From contig RDEW01000053.1 in assembly GCA_011109175.1 (NCBI GenBank), forward strand, positions 248,001 through 312,000: a stretch of DNA of 64,000 nucleotides. The letters are read 5' to 3'. Both the position numbers and the translations under genes were made by a program. A model generated the notes under the pieces. That model made no database searches, had not been told where the DNA came from, and saw nothing but the letters and a program-made list of their open reading frames with translations. Origin of the DNA: Dicyema japonicum. Lineage: Eukaryota > Animalia > Dicyemida. Positions 39,086 through 51,303 of the stretch are shown here, piece by piece (position 1 is the first letter of the stretch; each line of letters opens with the position of its first letter).

Positions 39086-40229
39086 TTTGCTATACGTTTA
39101 AAGTTTTGCTTTATTAAATTCGTTTTAAAAGTAAGAGTGTTTCACAACTTATGATTATGATATAATATTTACGTATTATTTTATCACACATTATGGTGTA
39201 ATAATCCATTATTTTATACACTTTTTACAATAAGTACACATTTTATCATGATCTCTAAGTTCTGATCCGAAAAAGAAAATGCTATACTACACCTGTAGAT
39301 GGTTCCAATTTCTAACAAACCTCCGTTATGGCTTCAGTTGAGTAAGGAAAAGAAAGATCCTTTTTGAATAAGTGTCGTGTATAAATCGAACCTATAGCTA
39401 AATGTTGACTCAAGCGACAACACTAATCACTGCGAGAGATAGAGACTATCAAGCAATCACTAAGTTATATAAGAAATTTTTGACACTCTGACCCTATGGT
39501 TTTTTTACCTACGACGGCTTAAGATTTCTCTCCAAATCGTTTATAGTATCGTTTACTACTTGTCAAATCAAGAATCCTTTTCAATCATACTATTATTCCA
39601 CTCTATAGCACGCCAAACATCATGTGAGTCATGTAAAATATGAGGAAAACCGGGAACAATGCTCCATCTACAGAATTTACAGACAATTTTCCTGCCAGTA
39701 CAGACAATTTTGACTAAGAGTAAACGTGGTCAATATCCACATCTCATTTTTGGTCTATACAAAATCCCAGTAATCATCGGCCTCGGCCTAATTCCGACTC
39801 TATGACTTTTGAAGAATTTCTACGTGAACGAAAACGAAAATTCGTGAGGGCAGCAACCTAACTAAACAACCACCTCTTTGACATCTCTATTCTATTTATT
39901 GAACATACAAGATGCGATCATCTAAAGGAAAAATCTGTCGTTAAACCTGCGCCTTGAAGATCTCAGAAGGTTAGTGCTTTGGAAATGATCTGTACATGTG
40001 GAGTCCGGCAGATCTTTTATTCCATGAAATCACATAAGTCGGATTGGTCTCTACTTATTTTTTTTATTTAACCCCGGTCCTTTTAAATTGAAAAGAAATT
40101 GATGACTAGTAAGAAACGTCACAGCTACGGACGCTCCCAGAGATCCAATAAGTGTTTTTTTTGGTCTGTGCAGAGGTCGAGAAGCGGACTCGCCTCTTAT
40201 TCTGGTCTTATTGGTCTCTTGTCATTTGA

Positions 40230-41830
40230 AAAATAATAATAACACCACGGTTACACAAACTAACTATTCACGTGATCCCAGTACGCTTAGCAGAGACCTC
40301 ATCTTGACCTGATGCTCCTCCTCGACCGCCACAAGCACGTATCGGTCGAGTGATTGGATCTTCGCAGTCACGAAGGCGGGTTCCATGGATCATTCGTATC
40401 ATGGCTTCAAGAAACATTGGTGGCTAAAACTCTCCAGAAATTCAGCGTTCCGTGATTTGAAAGCTCTTTTTCGGCTAGCCTCGATCTTCAAGACATTTTT
40501 CCAAGAGATGAATGGCTCCCAGATACCACATGCGTAAGAGATGCATTGCTCGATGTGTTGTTTGTATATTTACAGCATGATTTCCGTTCTTCTTTAAGCC
40601 TGTGAGGCACTTAAAACATTAGTTTTCTTTTCGCATTTTGTTATGTAGTTTTCAACATAGGCGAGAATGACATGTGCATGTAAAAAGTCACTCCAAGGAT
40701 CCTTTGAGATCTTCTAAAAGGAATAATTTCATTTTTTGTTTTCAGTTCGACCTCTGTCTTCCCAGTCTCTTGTCTGAAGTTTGACGGACTTCTGGCTGTT
40801 GGCAACTGACGATTCTTCAATAGCTATTCGTCAAGACGATCCCGATTTTGTTGCAATCTCGAAGTGGCGATCTGGATGTCCTGATCACGTGAAGCAATTA
40901 CAACATCGTTGCCATAAGTTAGAATAATATCATTTTTGGTGTCCAGTGTGGGGAGGTCCGCCATGAATAGATTGAATAATACTGGAGACAAAAGGTATCC
41001 TTGATGAAACCACTAGGAAGAAGCCGTGAAATAGATCTTGACTGGCCAATGAGACGCGTCCTCTCCGACAACTAAGAAAGTTGGCTAGTCATAGTTTAAG
41101 CTTTCCAGGAATCTTTCTTAGTTAATTTTTCCAAGTACGAATCCACATCGACAGCGTCAAAAGCTTTGTGGACGTCTATGGAACAAATTACAGTCTTCAT
41201 ATGTCCCGGCCTGTGAGAAAAACCATATCGTATAAAGTTAGTCAAAGCAGATAAGTAGATCGAAGTAGACCTCTCCTTTTAAAACCATGTTGAAATAACA
41301 AATCAGAGAGAAAATTTTTAATCTTCACAAGACCCAGTCTTTCCAGAATTTTCAACACCGAACACAACAACGCGATCGGTCCTTCTTCACTTTTCCGGGT
41401 TTCAAAATTGGACGAAGGTGGGCAAGTTTCCATAAGGCAAGAATTTAATTTTTGTCGATAGACTGGTTGCAGCGATTTCATAGTCCCCAAGATTCTCAAG
41501 GAGGATTATTGGGATCTTATCCGGTCCGCTAGAATAGGTTGTTTTAATTGCTTTCAATAACTTTATCACGTCGTTTTCAGTAAAGTAAATCATTTCCTTT
41601 TCATTTTTCAATTTTCTGAGATATTTCTGGGGTTCATCCGACTTCGTATGGTCCTTATGGGATATTTTCACATATTATTCTATTAGGTTATCTAACTCAT
41701 ATTGGCTATGATCCACCTTAGACGATCTTTCATCCTTTCTTAAAGCGGCTCAGATGATCTTCCAAATTTCTTAGTGGGTTTATTTCTATTCTATGAAGAG
41801 AACACATGCTTCGATCTCTGTGCTTTGACC
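40230..41830 (-). mobile_element. Decayed Jockey/I-like LINE RT with 3' tail
   Basis: SSGPDKIP, CSVLKILERL, FQHGFK, SIDVHKAFDAVD, TYGNDVV; stem-loop tail at 40230-40280. Confidence 0.85.
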
Positions 41831-42001
41831 TACCTGTTTTTTAATTCACTGTTCAAAGCCAATTGTCAGCTGATTATAAAAAGACGGTCATATATTACAG
41901 TGATACGCTGTTATGTGCAGTGTACTGCATCATTTGTTAACTAGTGCATTTAGCACACATGCATAAATTAATGTAAGTGTGGGTTATTGCTATGAAAAGG
42001 T

Positions 42002-42185
42002 AGATGGTTGATCCTGCCAATAGTAATAAGCTTATTTTACAGATAAGCCTTTCATGAGCAAGTGCAACTTCATGCTCTCTAATGAACGAGACCGCTGACG
42101 GCTCATTAAATCAGACATAACATACTAGTTTTTGTCAAACTACGGAAATTGCTGTTATAAATTTAGAACTAATACACATGTAAAG
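42002..42185 (+). pseudogene. Degenerate 18S (SSU) rRNA 5'-end fragment
   Basis: TGGTTGATCCTGCCA.TAGT.ATA.GCTT, GGCTCATTAAATCAG and TAGA.CTAATAC motifs in the correct order and spacing. Ends abruptly. Confidence 0.85.
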
Positions 42186-42345
42186 CTTATTAATTCTGGT
42201 CTTATTGGTCTTTTGTTATTTAATATTAAATGATTTGGTTTATAAAATATTAATTCTAATAAAAATATAATTTTATTTATATTTACTGGATAACCTAAAA
42301 AGTAAATAAAATTTAAAACTTAAAATTAAACGAACGACAATTTAC

Positions 42346-43988
42346 ATGTTTAGTGTACGACAACATTTACACAAACGAACTGGAAAATTTGGAATTATTT
42401 GGTAATAAACTTATAGTAATCAAAGGCTCGCTGCCACTAATTATGGAAAAATAAAGAAGAATGACTACTGCAAGTTAGACATAGTTGAAAACTGGTTAAG
42501 ATCATGATTAACATAAAGTTATGAATTGTTAGCACACATGGAAGGATTGAACCAATATAGCAGAATATCGTTGTATTTTTCGGGAAAACTATTTATTGGA
42601 ATCGTTAGAATTCATTTCAAACAGATTTCGCTGTTAATCGGTAAATCATTAAGTAATAATAACAGAGGATATTATGAATTTGATTAAATCGTTCAGACGA
42701 AAAAAGACAAAATCTGATAAAAAGTCACAATTATGTTCAGAAATTCGTTATATTGACTTTGATATAGAAGATATTCCCAATATAGTATTATATTATTTAA
42801 TATTTAGTCAATTTCAGGTTGTTCTGACATTTATAAAATATTTTAGACAGTTTTGCTGTTGATCCTCGCTTAATATCACTACCAGATGAATGGGTTAGAA
42901 CTGAATCCGTCATTGAGGATTTGTTCCCTGCTGTTGATGAAAATGATTATCAAGAATATTATAATTTATTACGCTCTTTGCCAATTCGAGCGGAACAGCC
43001 GCCTTCACTGAAGCGACAAAGGTTGTACTGTTTACTTAAACAAGTGACACTGATTTGGATCCTTCCCCCAGCAAAAGGATCCTTCCTAATCAAGATATTG
43101 GGCCTTTGCAATCTCCAAAGGTATTAATTTTGATATTTTAAGTATTATTCATTTATATTCATAACCATTCAAGTGTTACATTAATATATTAATTTATATT
43201 TATAATCATTCAAGCGTTACATTATCATATAAGTGTTTATAGTCAAGTGCAGTATATGTACTTATATTATAGGTTAAGGCTTTGAGGAAAAAGAAATTGC
43301 AAAAGGATAATCCCTCAAATTTTAGTCTCAGCAAATTAAGAGAAAATCGTGTAAATGGAGATAGGACACTATTACCTTTTGTATTATCAAGTACAGTCCC
43401 AAAGATAGCCCAACAAATGAACTCCTTAGTCAGCAAATATGGTATAATAATATATAATATAAGAATTATTGAATGATATGTGTACACTAAAATATACTAC
43501 ATTTGTGAGAAAATCAAATATAAACGAATTAATGGACAGTAGAACGACTGCCCTTCGTAGCATTGAAATGATGAGGCATCAAAGTGACAACGAGGAGGGA
43601 ATCGGGGATACCAAATGAGCATTCCAGAGAGAGATTCCCATGAAATACTGTTTTTATTTATAAATAATTTAATAGTAACTTATCAGTGAGTGAAAAAACG
43701 AGCGAATATGGACCACAGATACCTATTCTTCAGGACATTTCTCAATCAAGTTCAAGGAAAATCCCAATTAACGAAAAAGTTCTTTCAAAATGCAAGGAAT
43801 GCATGTCCTCACAAAAAATGACAACATTCTCATCAATTTGTCCTCCAACTATGTATTCTAAAAGTCGTGCTGCTGAGTACTTTAGTGAGATTTTAGGTAA
43901 CAATGTAATATATAAATTAGTCCTCTGCAAAAATAATAAAATCAAATGTCATCAAAATACGGAGGATATTCAAATTACTATTTTATGA
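42346..43988 (+). CDS. REC8: Meiotic cohesin kleisin REC8 (Rad21/Rec8 family), ~11 exons, one apparent -1 slip
   Basis: Spliced N-terminus MFSVRQHLHKRTGKFGIIWLAATNYGKIKK...RISLYFSGKLFIGIVRIHFKQISLLIEDI matches recalled REC8 (TG.FATIWLAAT, RFSLYLSAQL.IGV.RV...Q..YL.EDI) better than RAD21. Central RKKKLQKD motif; SIEMMR (ExxR); C-terminal winged helix TFSSICPP...SKSRAAEYFSEILVLC....I...Q. Introns 24, 24, 25, 23, 29, 23, 152, 22, 26, 24 nt. Slip at 43613-43615. Confidence 0.85.
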
Positions 43989-44439
43989 TTTGTTTAAATT
44001 AGTTTTTGCTTTTAATTCCACGGGCTTAGTAAAAAAATCAATAAACTAAAACCATCTTTTTTAATTACCGCAAGAGAAATGAGAGTTATCATATATTTGA
44101 GTTAGTCGCCCGTCCATGGCATCTCTATACGATCTGTCTTTGAATTCTGGATTAATTTCCACAAGCTATGTTTCTTCTCATTTCTTGGGGAAGATGACTT
44201 ACGGACAAAGTTAATGGTTTGGAGTACTTGTCCATTCTGAAAAAATCACTGTTATCCATATTAAACGACGTTGAAGATAGCGAAGATTCATTTGGGATTC
44301 CGTTTGAGAGAAATCGTGATTTTTTTACTTTTGATTATATAATATGACTTGTTTTCTAAGGTCGCGGTCTGTATATTATGATAAATGCAGTCCAATGGTG
44401 TGCATGGTTGATTCTGTTAAACGAAGCATTAATTTTTAA

Positions 44440-45350
44440 ATAACTAAACCCGTACCATGCATCCTCTGGTAAATCGATAAACGTTGATAAAGGAATTCGG
44501 CAAAATAGATCTGTACCTTCGGTCGAAGAAATGGCTATACGGGTTGAGTCTATAGCTCTATTTCTGTTGGGTAGTTTGATATTCCTTGATATAGAGGAGG
44601 TAGAACTGGCATTAAAAAGCCGTAGCCTTTGACGGTTTTACGCAGTGTGATTTCTACCAGTGCATTAATTTTATCGTGAAGAGATGCACTTACGCACTGG
44701 TAAACGTGAGAAACTATATGATTCTCTTAAGGTAGCCAAATGCCTCGTAATTTAATTGATGACGCACATAAATGGATTAACGAGATTTCCATTGTGCCTA
44801 TCAGCACTCTAGCGAAATTACAGCCAGAGTAATGGGCCTGCGAAATAAGGGTGAATGACCCTTTTGCGCTTGACTCTAGATTGGCATTGTTAGAGGACAT
44901 TGATATAGTGGTGGGAATTGATCTATAGACGACAATTTGAAATCACTCCACAGTCATCGTCTTACTAATTTATTAATGCCTTACTTATACCGCAAGACCC
45001 TGAATAAGTGGTTCGGATTCGAAAACAGTGTCATTTGAGAGTTTAGCTAGGGTGGTAAATCTAACAGATATCAGGCATGGCGCGAAAATGTAATAGTTTT
45101 CATCTTTTGCATGTTCAGTTCGTATGAAAAACTCGAAAGCGTAACCTATCAATTCTTTCACTTTTAAAAACTTTAAGCTAAAGGTCACAGAAAAGTTACC
45201 ACAGGGATACAATTGGCTTTTGGCGCCCGAGCGTACATAACGAAGGTGCTTTTTGATCCTTCGATGTTGGCTCTTACTATCATTGCAAAGCATAAATCGC
45301 AAAGTGTAGGATATTCACCTACTAACAGGGAACGTGAGCTACTAACAGGG
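44440..45350 (+). pseudogene. Degenerate 28S (LSU) rRNA fragment including an empty R2 target site
   Basis: GGAA.TCGGCAAAATAGATC.GTA.CTTCGG, CTCTTAAGGTAGCCAAATGCCTCGT, AAAAGTTACCACAGGGATA, CAGGGAACGTGAGCT. Ends in a short tandem duplication. Confidence 0.9.
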
Positions 45351-45519
45351 AACGTCATTTGAGGCATTATTATTTATTATTAAACAGTACAGTAAAGTTA
45401 ATTTATCAACAGATTGTGTCTCTAATTGTCTAGAGTGATAGCTGTGTTATTCACACAAGATTTGGTGAGAGAGTATTACAGTTATAAAACATATAATGGA
45501 GTCAAAACAACATAAACAA

Positions 45520-46160
45520 TTACAGTGAAGTCCCTTGTATATCACTTCAAGAACTTTTAGTTTAAGATTAAATCTTCCTTTAAATCTATGTAGCCATTAA
45601 TACAATCAAAATCATTGATTCCAAGGTTTTCACAATATACTTTAGGTGTGAAATGATGAGACCTTTCTGGAATAAAACCATTAATTCATCTATTCAAAAA
45701 GTGAATTATTAAGTTGATGTTTACCACTTGGCTTTCATGCTAATCGTAGTTTCAAAGTTTTCCAATTTTCACTTTTTTATAATTTCTGAAAGTGTAGAAG
45801 TTCCTAAATAAAGGTTCATTTTTATTGCACAGATATGGGATAATTCCCTGAGAGCTATTTTTGATGTATTTTTTTTATTTCACAAATTTTTTTTCCATGC
45901 AATATAAATTTGGGACCTTTTTAATATGTGGTACTAGTAGATTTTAAATTTAAATGTAAATTTATTTGAATGTATGATAAATACAAAATAAATTAATCCG
46001 AAATTTTTAATAAATGTCTTTCGGATTGCGGATTATGAAGTTTCGGTTTATTGAAGCCTGTTTGTATTAAAACTTTGTAAAATTTTACTAACTCATCATA
46101 AAAATTCGGATTTTTGAAGTTTTCGGATTATTGAAGTTTGGATTAATGAACGTTCGCTGC
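45520..46160 (-). mobile_element. pogo/Tigger transposon 5' remnant
   Basis: TIR-like end at ~46160. Reverse strand is similar to 54297-54700 and contains CENP-B/Tc5 HTH remnants (NG.....FK.RFNLK). Confidence 0.7.
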
Positions 46161-46399
46161 AATAAAATTCTAGTGGTTAAGTATATTCCTAAATACTCTA
46201 AAAATAGTTTTTTCCAAAAAATAATCAAACGTAGAAAAAATTCTTCCGTCCACGAAAACCAACATATCGTATATTTTTAAATTAAATATCAATAAACCAA
46301 CTATCTATTTATTTTGTGGTTATCCGTAGAAAATGACTTTAATAAAAACACCTGCTACGAACAATACGACAGTCTACTTTCGATAGACAAATCTCTCAA

Positions 46400-47260
46400 A
46401 CAAACTTTTGAGTCACTAATTAACGTCCTTTCGACGAACCTGGTTGGAAGCAATGTAAGTTACCTCTGGATTTGGAGGTGTCGGTCTAAGATCGGCGCTG
46501 GAGGTTGCGTCCCGGCATATCTATCGTCTCTCTCAAGCTGCAGTCATTTGACAAAGCAAGTCCTTCATAAACTATTGGACTTCGCTGGAATGAGTTATTT
46601 GACGAAGCTTGTCGGAAATGGATCGTGTCCCGGACTTAAAATCCCCGAAGACACAACAAAGCAACGTAATTGGGATGACATTGTCTTCTCCAAAATTTTG
46701 GAATACCTTAAAAAAGCAAATCAACAATGTCTGGCTTATTTGGTGTCAGCTTCAAGTGGAGGGAGTGGAGCACGACATGGAGCAATACCTTCTATACCTA
46801 TAGACTTTCTTGGACGACGAATCTTTGAGGATTGGAATCGGACAAAAGCTAGGACTAGATGTTTGCCAGGAGCACCTATGCCGCTGCGGGAAATAGTCGA
46901 TTCGAAGGTGTCGCACCCGCTGTCCTGCAGAAGAAGCGACGGAAGATGTTCACATCACGTTGCTTTGAATGATGTGATTGTCAAAGCTCTGAAGGCTACA
47001 GGTTTCCATCACAGCTTGAATCCGTGGGTCTCGGTCGTGGAGATGGACCTTTTTCTCTTACAAATCCAAAAGATATTGGTCTGGGACGCAACTTGTTTTG
47101 ATACGTATTCAAAAACGAACTTCCTTAAATCGGTTAGACACGTGGAGCAACTTCTTTAATTGCGAAAAACCTAAAAATCAAATAAAAAATTCTTGCCTTG
47201 GGGACCGGTACCGCTTTCTCTTGTTGCGGTCGAGTCATCAGGAGTCGTTGGTCCAACAAC
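46400..47260 (+). mobile_element. CRE-like element 3' fragment
   Basis: KIGAGGCVPAYLSSL, QRNWDD, SGARHGAIP, HPLSCRRSDGRCSHHVALNDVIVKAL, LVWDATCFDTY. Confidence 0.85.
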
Positions 47261-48002
47261 GTTTTTCTTTATGAAATTTAATCAAATGATCCTAGATTAA
47301 TTTCTAATTAATATAAAACCGCCACCGCGAACCCCTAATCCAACAAACACTCAAAATAAAACCCTAACTCAGAACCGTAACTCTAATTCTATACCCTTAT
47401 CCAAACTTTAGCTCTAATACGTAAAATTACAAAATAATAATAATTTTTAATCTTTTTTAACAAATTGATCAATCATATTCAATTTTAGATAGACTTGAAA
47501 GATAAATCCTTCCAAACGTTCACCAGATTCACTTTTCACTGTATTAACTCCACATTTCTTATCAACTATTGTGTATCTCGTAATTTTCTTCTAATTGTAT
47601 TGAATTGGATTTTGAATTCTTTATTTTTTCGAGTGTTTCTTTGTTGAGACTTACTAAACTAATTCAGACACGATATATTTTTTTAAATTATATAAAAAAT
47701 TATTTTTTGCAATCTGTATAGAGCGTGGTTACACCAACCGTCTGTCACATTATTTATTAAAATTATGATATATATAACTGCATTATGTTAGTTAGGACTT
47801 TATTTAACTCTAATTGGGAAGATGTACAGCCAGAATATGTGAAGTGCATGGCGTCGTGGTGAATGAATGTTAACATTTACCTCTCTTGCTCCCACTTTAA
47901 AATTACTCCCACAACAGTTATAGTACCCCCTAGCACTTATAGTATCTCCTAACTCATTTTTCTAATTTTGCTAAATTACATAATTTTTTTGACTAGAATG
48001 GA

Positions 48003-49443
48003 CGACCTTGACATCGGTCTCCCCTTTCAAAGAAAAACGAAATTTTTTAATTTTGTCTAAAAACGTGATTGGCGTTGCCAGGGACAATTATTTTAGACTT
48101 TGACATCGATCCTCCATCTCTCATTTCGGAGGAAAAATGAAATTTTTAATTTTGTCTATAAACATGATGACATTGCAAGAGACAAAAAGCTACAGCTACT
48201 GTTGAGTATAGTATCCTTAAAGCTCTTGTAATACTTCCTAAGCAATTATAGAACCCCCATAAAAATAATATTTTTTTGATCATAAACATCAAGGGAGTTA
48301 TTCTCCCTAGCCTACTTTATGGGTGCGAGGGGTGGTTCTTCTCTCCGAAGAGGGCGAGATCTTATCCCTCCTAGAGAAGACTAGAAGAGCTGCAATTAAG
48401 CTCTCCTTAAAAAGAAACTGAAAGACTGTTTAAACGAGGACGAAAACAAGCTCCTGGAACCAATTGGCAAGATTGTGGAGGATCGGATCAATGGTTTCAG
48501 GAGGAGATCAAAGGTCCAGGACACATACATAAAGCTGGAGAAAAAAGATTAAAAAGCTGGGGAGAAACGTTCCGAAAAAGATTAATAATAAAAAAAAGGA
48601 GGAAGGGTCCAGGTGTGGAGTCCAAGCCTTATGGTAGGACTCAGATGTAATACCCTCCAGAAATCTCCTTAACTCTTTTGTCAATAAATCGTTGTTGTTG
48701 TTGATCATAAACATTTTTAAAATTATTTTTTATAATGTTACCTGTAGAGTTTTATGTTAACCTTAGTTCTATCTGTAATACAATAGACATGCTAGAGGAG
48801 TGGGGCTTATTACCGGATCTTTCATTATAAAAATGTGTGAAATGTGAAGGGAATTTAGAAATACGGATAAAAATAGACAAGTAAATACAAAGTACTTCAG
48901 GAGTTGTATAAAATGAAGAAATGGAACATGCCTTTTTAATAACAGCTTTTTTCGTATCAATTCGAAAATGGAGGAAAAATTGGTAAACTAGATATTACTG
49001 TTTGGTTGAAACTAGTGTTTTTATATTTCGAAGGCAAAACATTAAAGGAAATAATTGACATCGTGGGTATTTAGAGCAGCCACGCAGTTATAAACTGGTC
49101 AAACTTCTTATTCGAAATGATATCTGATTTCTTAAACTCAAGAGATAAAATTGGAGGACATGAAACAGCTGTAGAAATCTATGAGAGCCTAATGAAAGCG
49201 AGAATGAAAAATCACCAGGAAAGGATGCAGATAGGTGATCTCGACCTGGATATCAAAGTCTCTCATATTTGTCCCTTGCAACACCAATCGCATTTTAGAC
49301 AAAATTAAAAGTTTCGTTTTTTCTCCAAAAAGGGGACCGATGTCAAGGTCTCTCATATTTGTCCTTCGCAACGCCAATCACTTTTCATGACGAAATTAAA
49401 AATTTCATTTTTCCTCTGAAAAAAGGGACCGATGTCAGGGTCG
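48003..49443. mobile_element. Composite: inverted dimers of a ~95-bp unit (48003-48185 and 49250-49443) enclosing a Merlin/IS1595-like transposase remnant (48790-49215, +)
   Basis: CGACCTTGACATCGGTC versus the reverse complement CGACCCTGACATCGGTC, each side with two tandem units. Inner AVINWSNFLFE and KIGGHETAVEIYESLMKAR resemble Merlin ..VVDW.NF.RE and KIGG....VEIDES. Confidence 0.6.
48290..48700 (+). mobile_element. 5'-truncated LINE with (GTT)n tail and 14-bp TSD
   Basis: ILPSLLYGCEGW motif. TTGATCATAAACAT at 48276-48289 and 48701-48714. Confidence 0.8.
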
Positions 49444-49729
49444 CGAATGAAAGTAGTGCTTTGGTCAGAGTATTCCATGCATCGTACGGGACACTATTGG
49501 ATGACGACGCCATGAGAATTGGGGTTTGCGTCCATGTATGCGTGGCTTATAGAGCTGGGTATTAGTCAACAAGAGTGTTCACAGATAATGTAAATATTGA
49601 AAAGTGGAAATACTCTTCTATAGCAAACAAATAGAGATATCACAGGAATGAGTTTATAAAATATTAATCAACAAGAGTGTTTACAGATAATGTAAATATT
49701 GTGTATCTTCGACGCAGAGGATGAGCTAC

Positions 49730-50010
49730 TGTTTCTCAGATGCATGCTCCTTGTGGGGACCGTCGATATCTTGGACAAATATGAGAAAAATTGAGGAAAT
49801 GCAAAAGAGGACTTACAGAGTAACGGAGCGTTGGATTTGTGAAGATCGCCGAACCAGACCTACGCCTCTGGAGGCCCTTATGAGACTGGACTCCAGATAA
49901 CGAGAAGGTGGCCTTGAAAATTCGTTCATGCGCGGGCACGAAGAAAGAATATTGGGTAAAGTCTCTGTTAGAATGCATCGTTTGGTTTTACCGTGGTCTT
50001 GGGTTAAATA
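49730..50010 (+). mobile_element. 5'-truncated copy of the 3' end of the LINE at 4630-5200
   Basis: Long nucleotide similarity to the reverse complement of ~4640-4950, ending GGTTTTACCGTGGTCTTGGGTTAAATAAAAA. Confidence 0.85.
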
Positions 50011-50507
50011 AAAATAACATCATTCAAAGAGTTCCCCTGGACGGCACTTCCCCTTATTCCCAAGATTTGGAAGAACTTTTTTATCATACCAGTCTTGATG
50101 CCTGGAAAACCTGAAAGAGAACCTGCTTCGTACAGGCTGATCTCCCTAACCAGCACATTATCAAAATTTCTTGAAAAACTGGTACTATCCACCATTACCT
50201 CGGACCCCCCCCCCCTGCTTTTCAACACAGTTTACGTACAGAAAGGTCCACCACCACCCATTTAACCACACTATCCCAATTCATATCCTATAAATTTAAT
50301 GCCACCCCACCACACATGCGAACTACAATAGTATCAATCGACATAAACAAGGCATTCGACACAGTCCCAAAGAAGAATTTTGATTTAAAAGTTCGTCCAA
50401 ACATAAAGCTGTGGTAGGCCAACTTTCTCTCTGGGCGACGTGGGAGAGTCGTTTATTTTCTCTTTTTTCTCGGTGATCCTGGGGTTCTAAATAAATAAAA
50501 CCAAATA

Positions 50508-51303
50508 CAGTCAGACCCCGAATTGGGGCACCAAGTGACCCAAAAACAAGGGTTTAATAAAACAGAGATTTAAACATCAAAAAATCAATTTTATAAAAAA
50601 TAATCAGTTAATTTATCCCCAGTTATCCTTTTACTTCTTACATTTTTCATAAAATTAAGTCGAAAATCGTAAAATTCTTTGAGCATTTCAGGAGATATGT
50701 AAAAAATTTTCTTCTCTAACTGATCAAGAGAATCTTGCGTTTCTCTTAGAATTGTTTCCATGTTATCGTTTTCTAAACCTTCGTTGTAAATATTATCAAC
50801 AAATTCGTCACTTTCCCATTCAATGTTTCGTTTACGGCATTGTTGAGCATTTCTTCTGTAATGGTATCTTCAATTTTTACGTAATCACGAATCTTTCAAT
50901 TTCCTCATCCTCATCCGTGTTTACAGTTCCTTGTTCAAGAAAAAATACAATTGTTTTTTTTATTCGCGAAATCATGCCTTTACTAGTTCTGTATTTTTTA
51001 ATTATCTGCTTTTCAGATAATTTTGTTCTTCAATATCAATTTAGCAATCGTTAATTTTGTTTCGTAGTTGATAACCATTCACAACAAAAATGTAAATAAA
51101 CGTGTTAATTAAAATTATATATTTATTAATAAAATAAAATTTTATTTACTTATAATTTCATTCCCACAAATTTATAGTGCCCCAAAATTTCCATATTTTT
51201 TATCGATTTTCCATTTTACTCTGCCAAAATGTTGGCCAAAAAAATTCCCCAAAATGCGGGGGTGCTCCACCCCTGGGGTCCGCCCCAATTCGGGGTCGGA
51301 CTG
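50508..51303 (-). mobile_element. Internally deleted Tc1/mariner-superfamily (pogo-like) element with both TIRs and TA TSD
   Basis: TA|CAGTCAGACCCCGAATTGGGGC ... GCCCCAATTCGGGGTCGGACTG|TA. Inner reverse strand KNKLSEKQIIKKYRTSKGMISRIKK (HTH-like). Confidence 0.85.

Noticed and set aside
13983-43988. Calling Cactin, PRC1-like and REC8 pseudogenes, or invoking a non-standard genetic code
   Set aside because: The lesions are single bases in homopolymers with no nonsense codons and intact splice sites. Spliced frames end at ordinary TAA/TGA/TAG and need no stop reassignment.
44715-44745. R2 target site in the 28S fragment
   Set aside because: The site TTAAGG/TAGCCA is uninterrupted; there is no R2 insertion here.
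47310-47420. Degenerate CCCTAA-like hexamers next to a CRE-like element (possible telomere targeting)
   Set aside because: The repeats are very imperfect, and other CRE-like 3' ends (19000, 63960) have no such flank.
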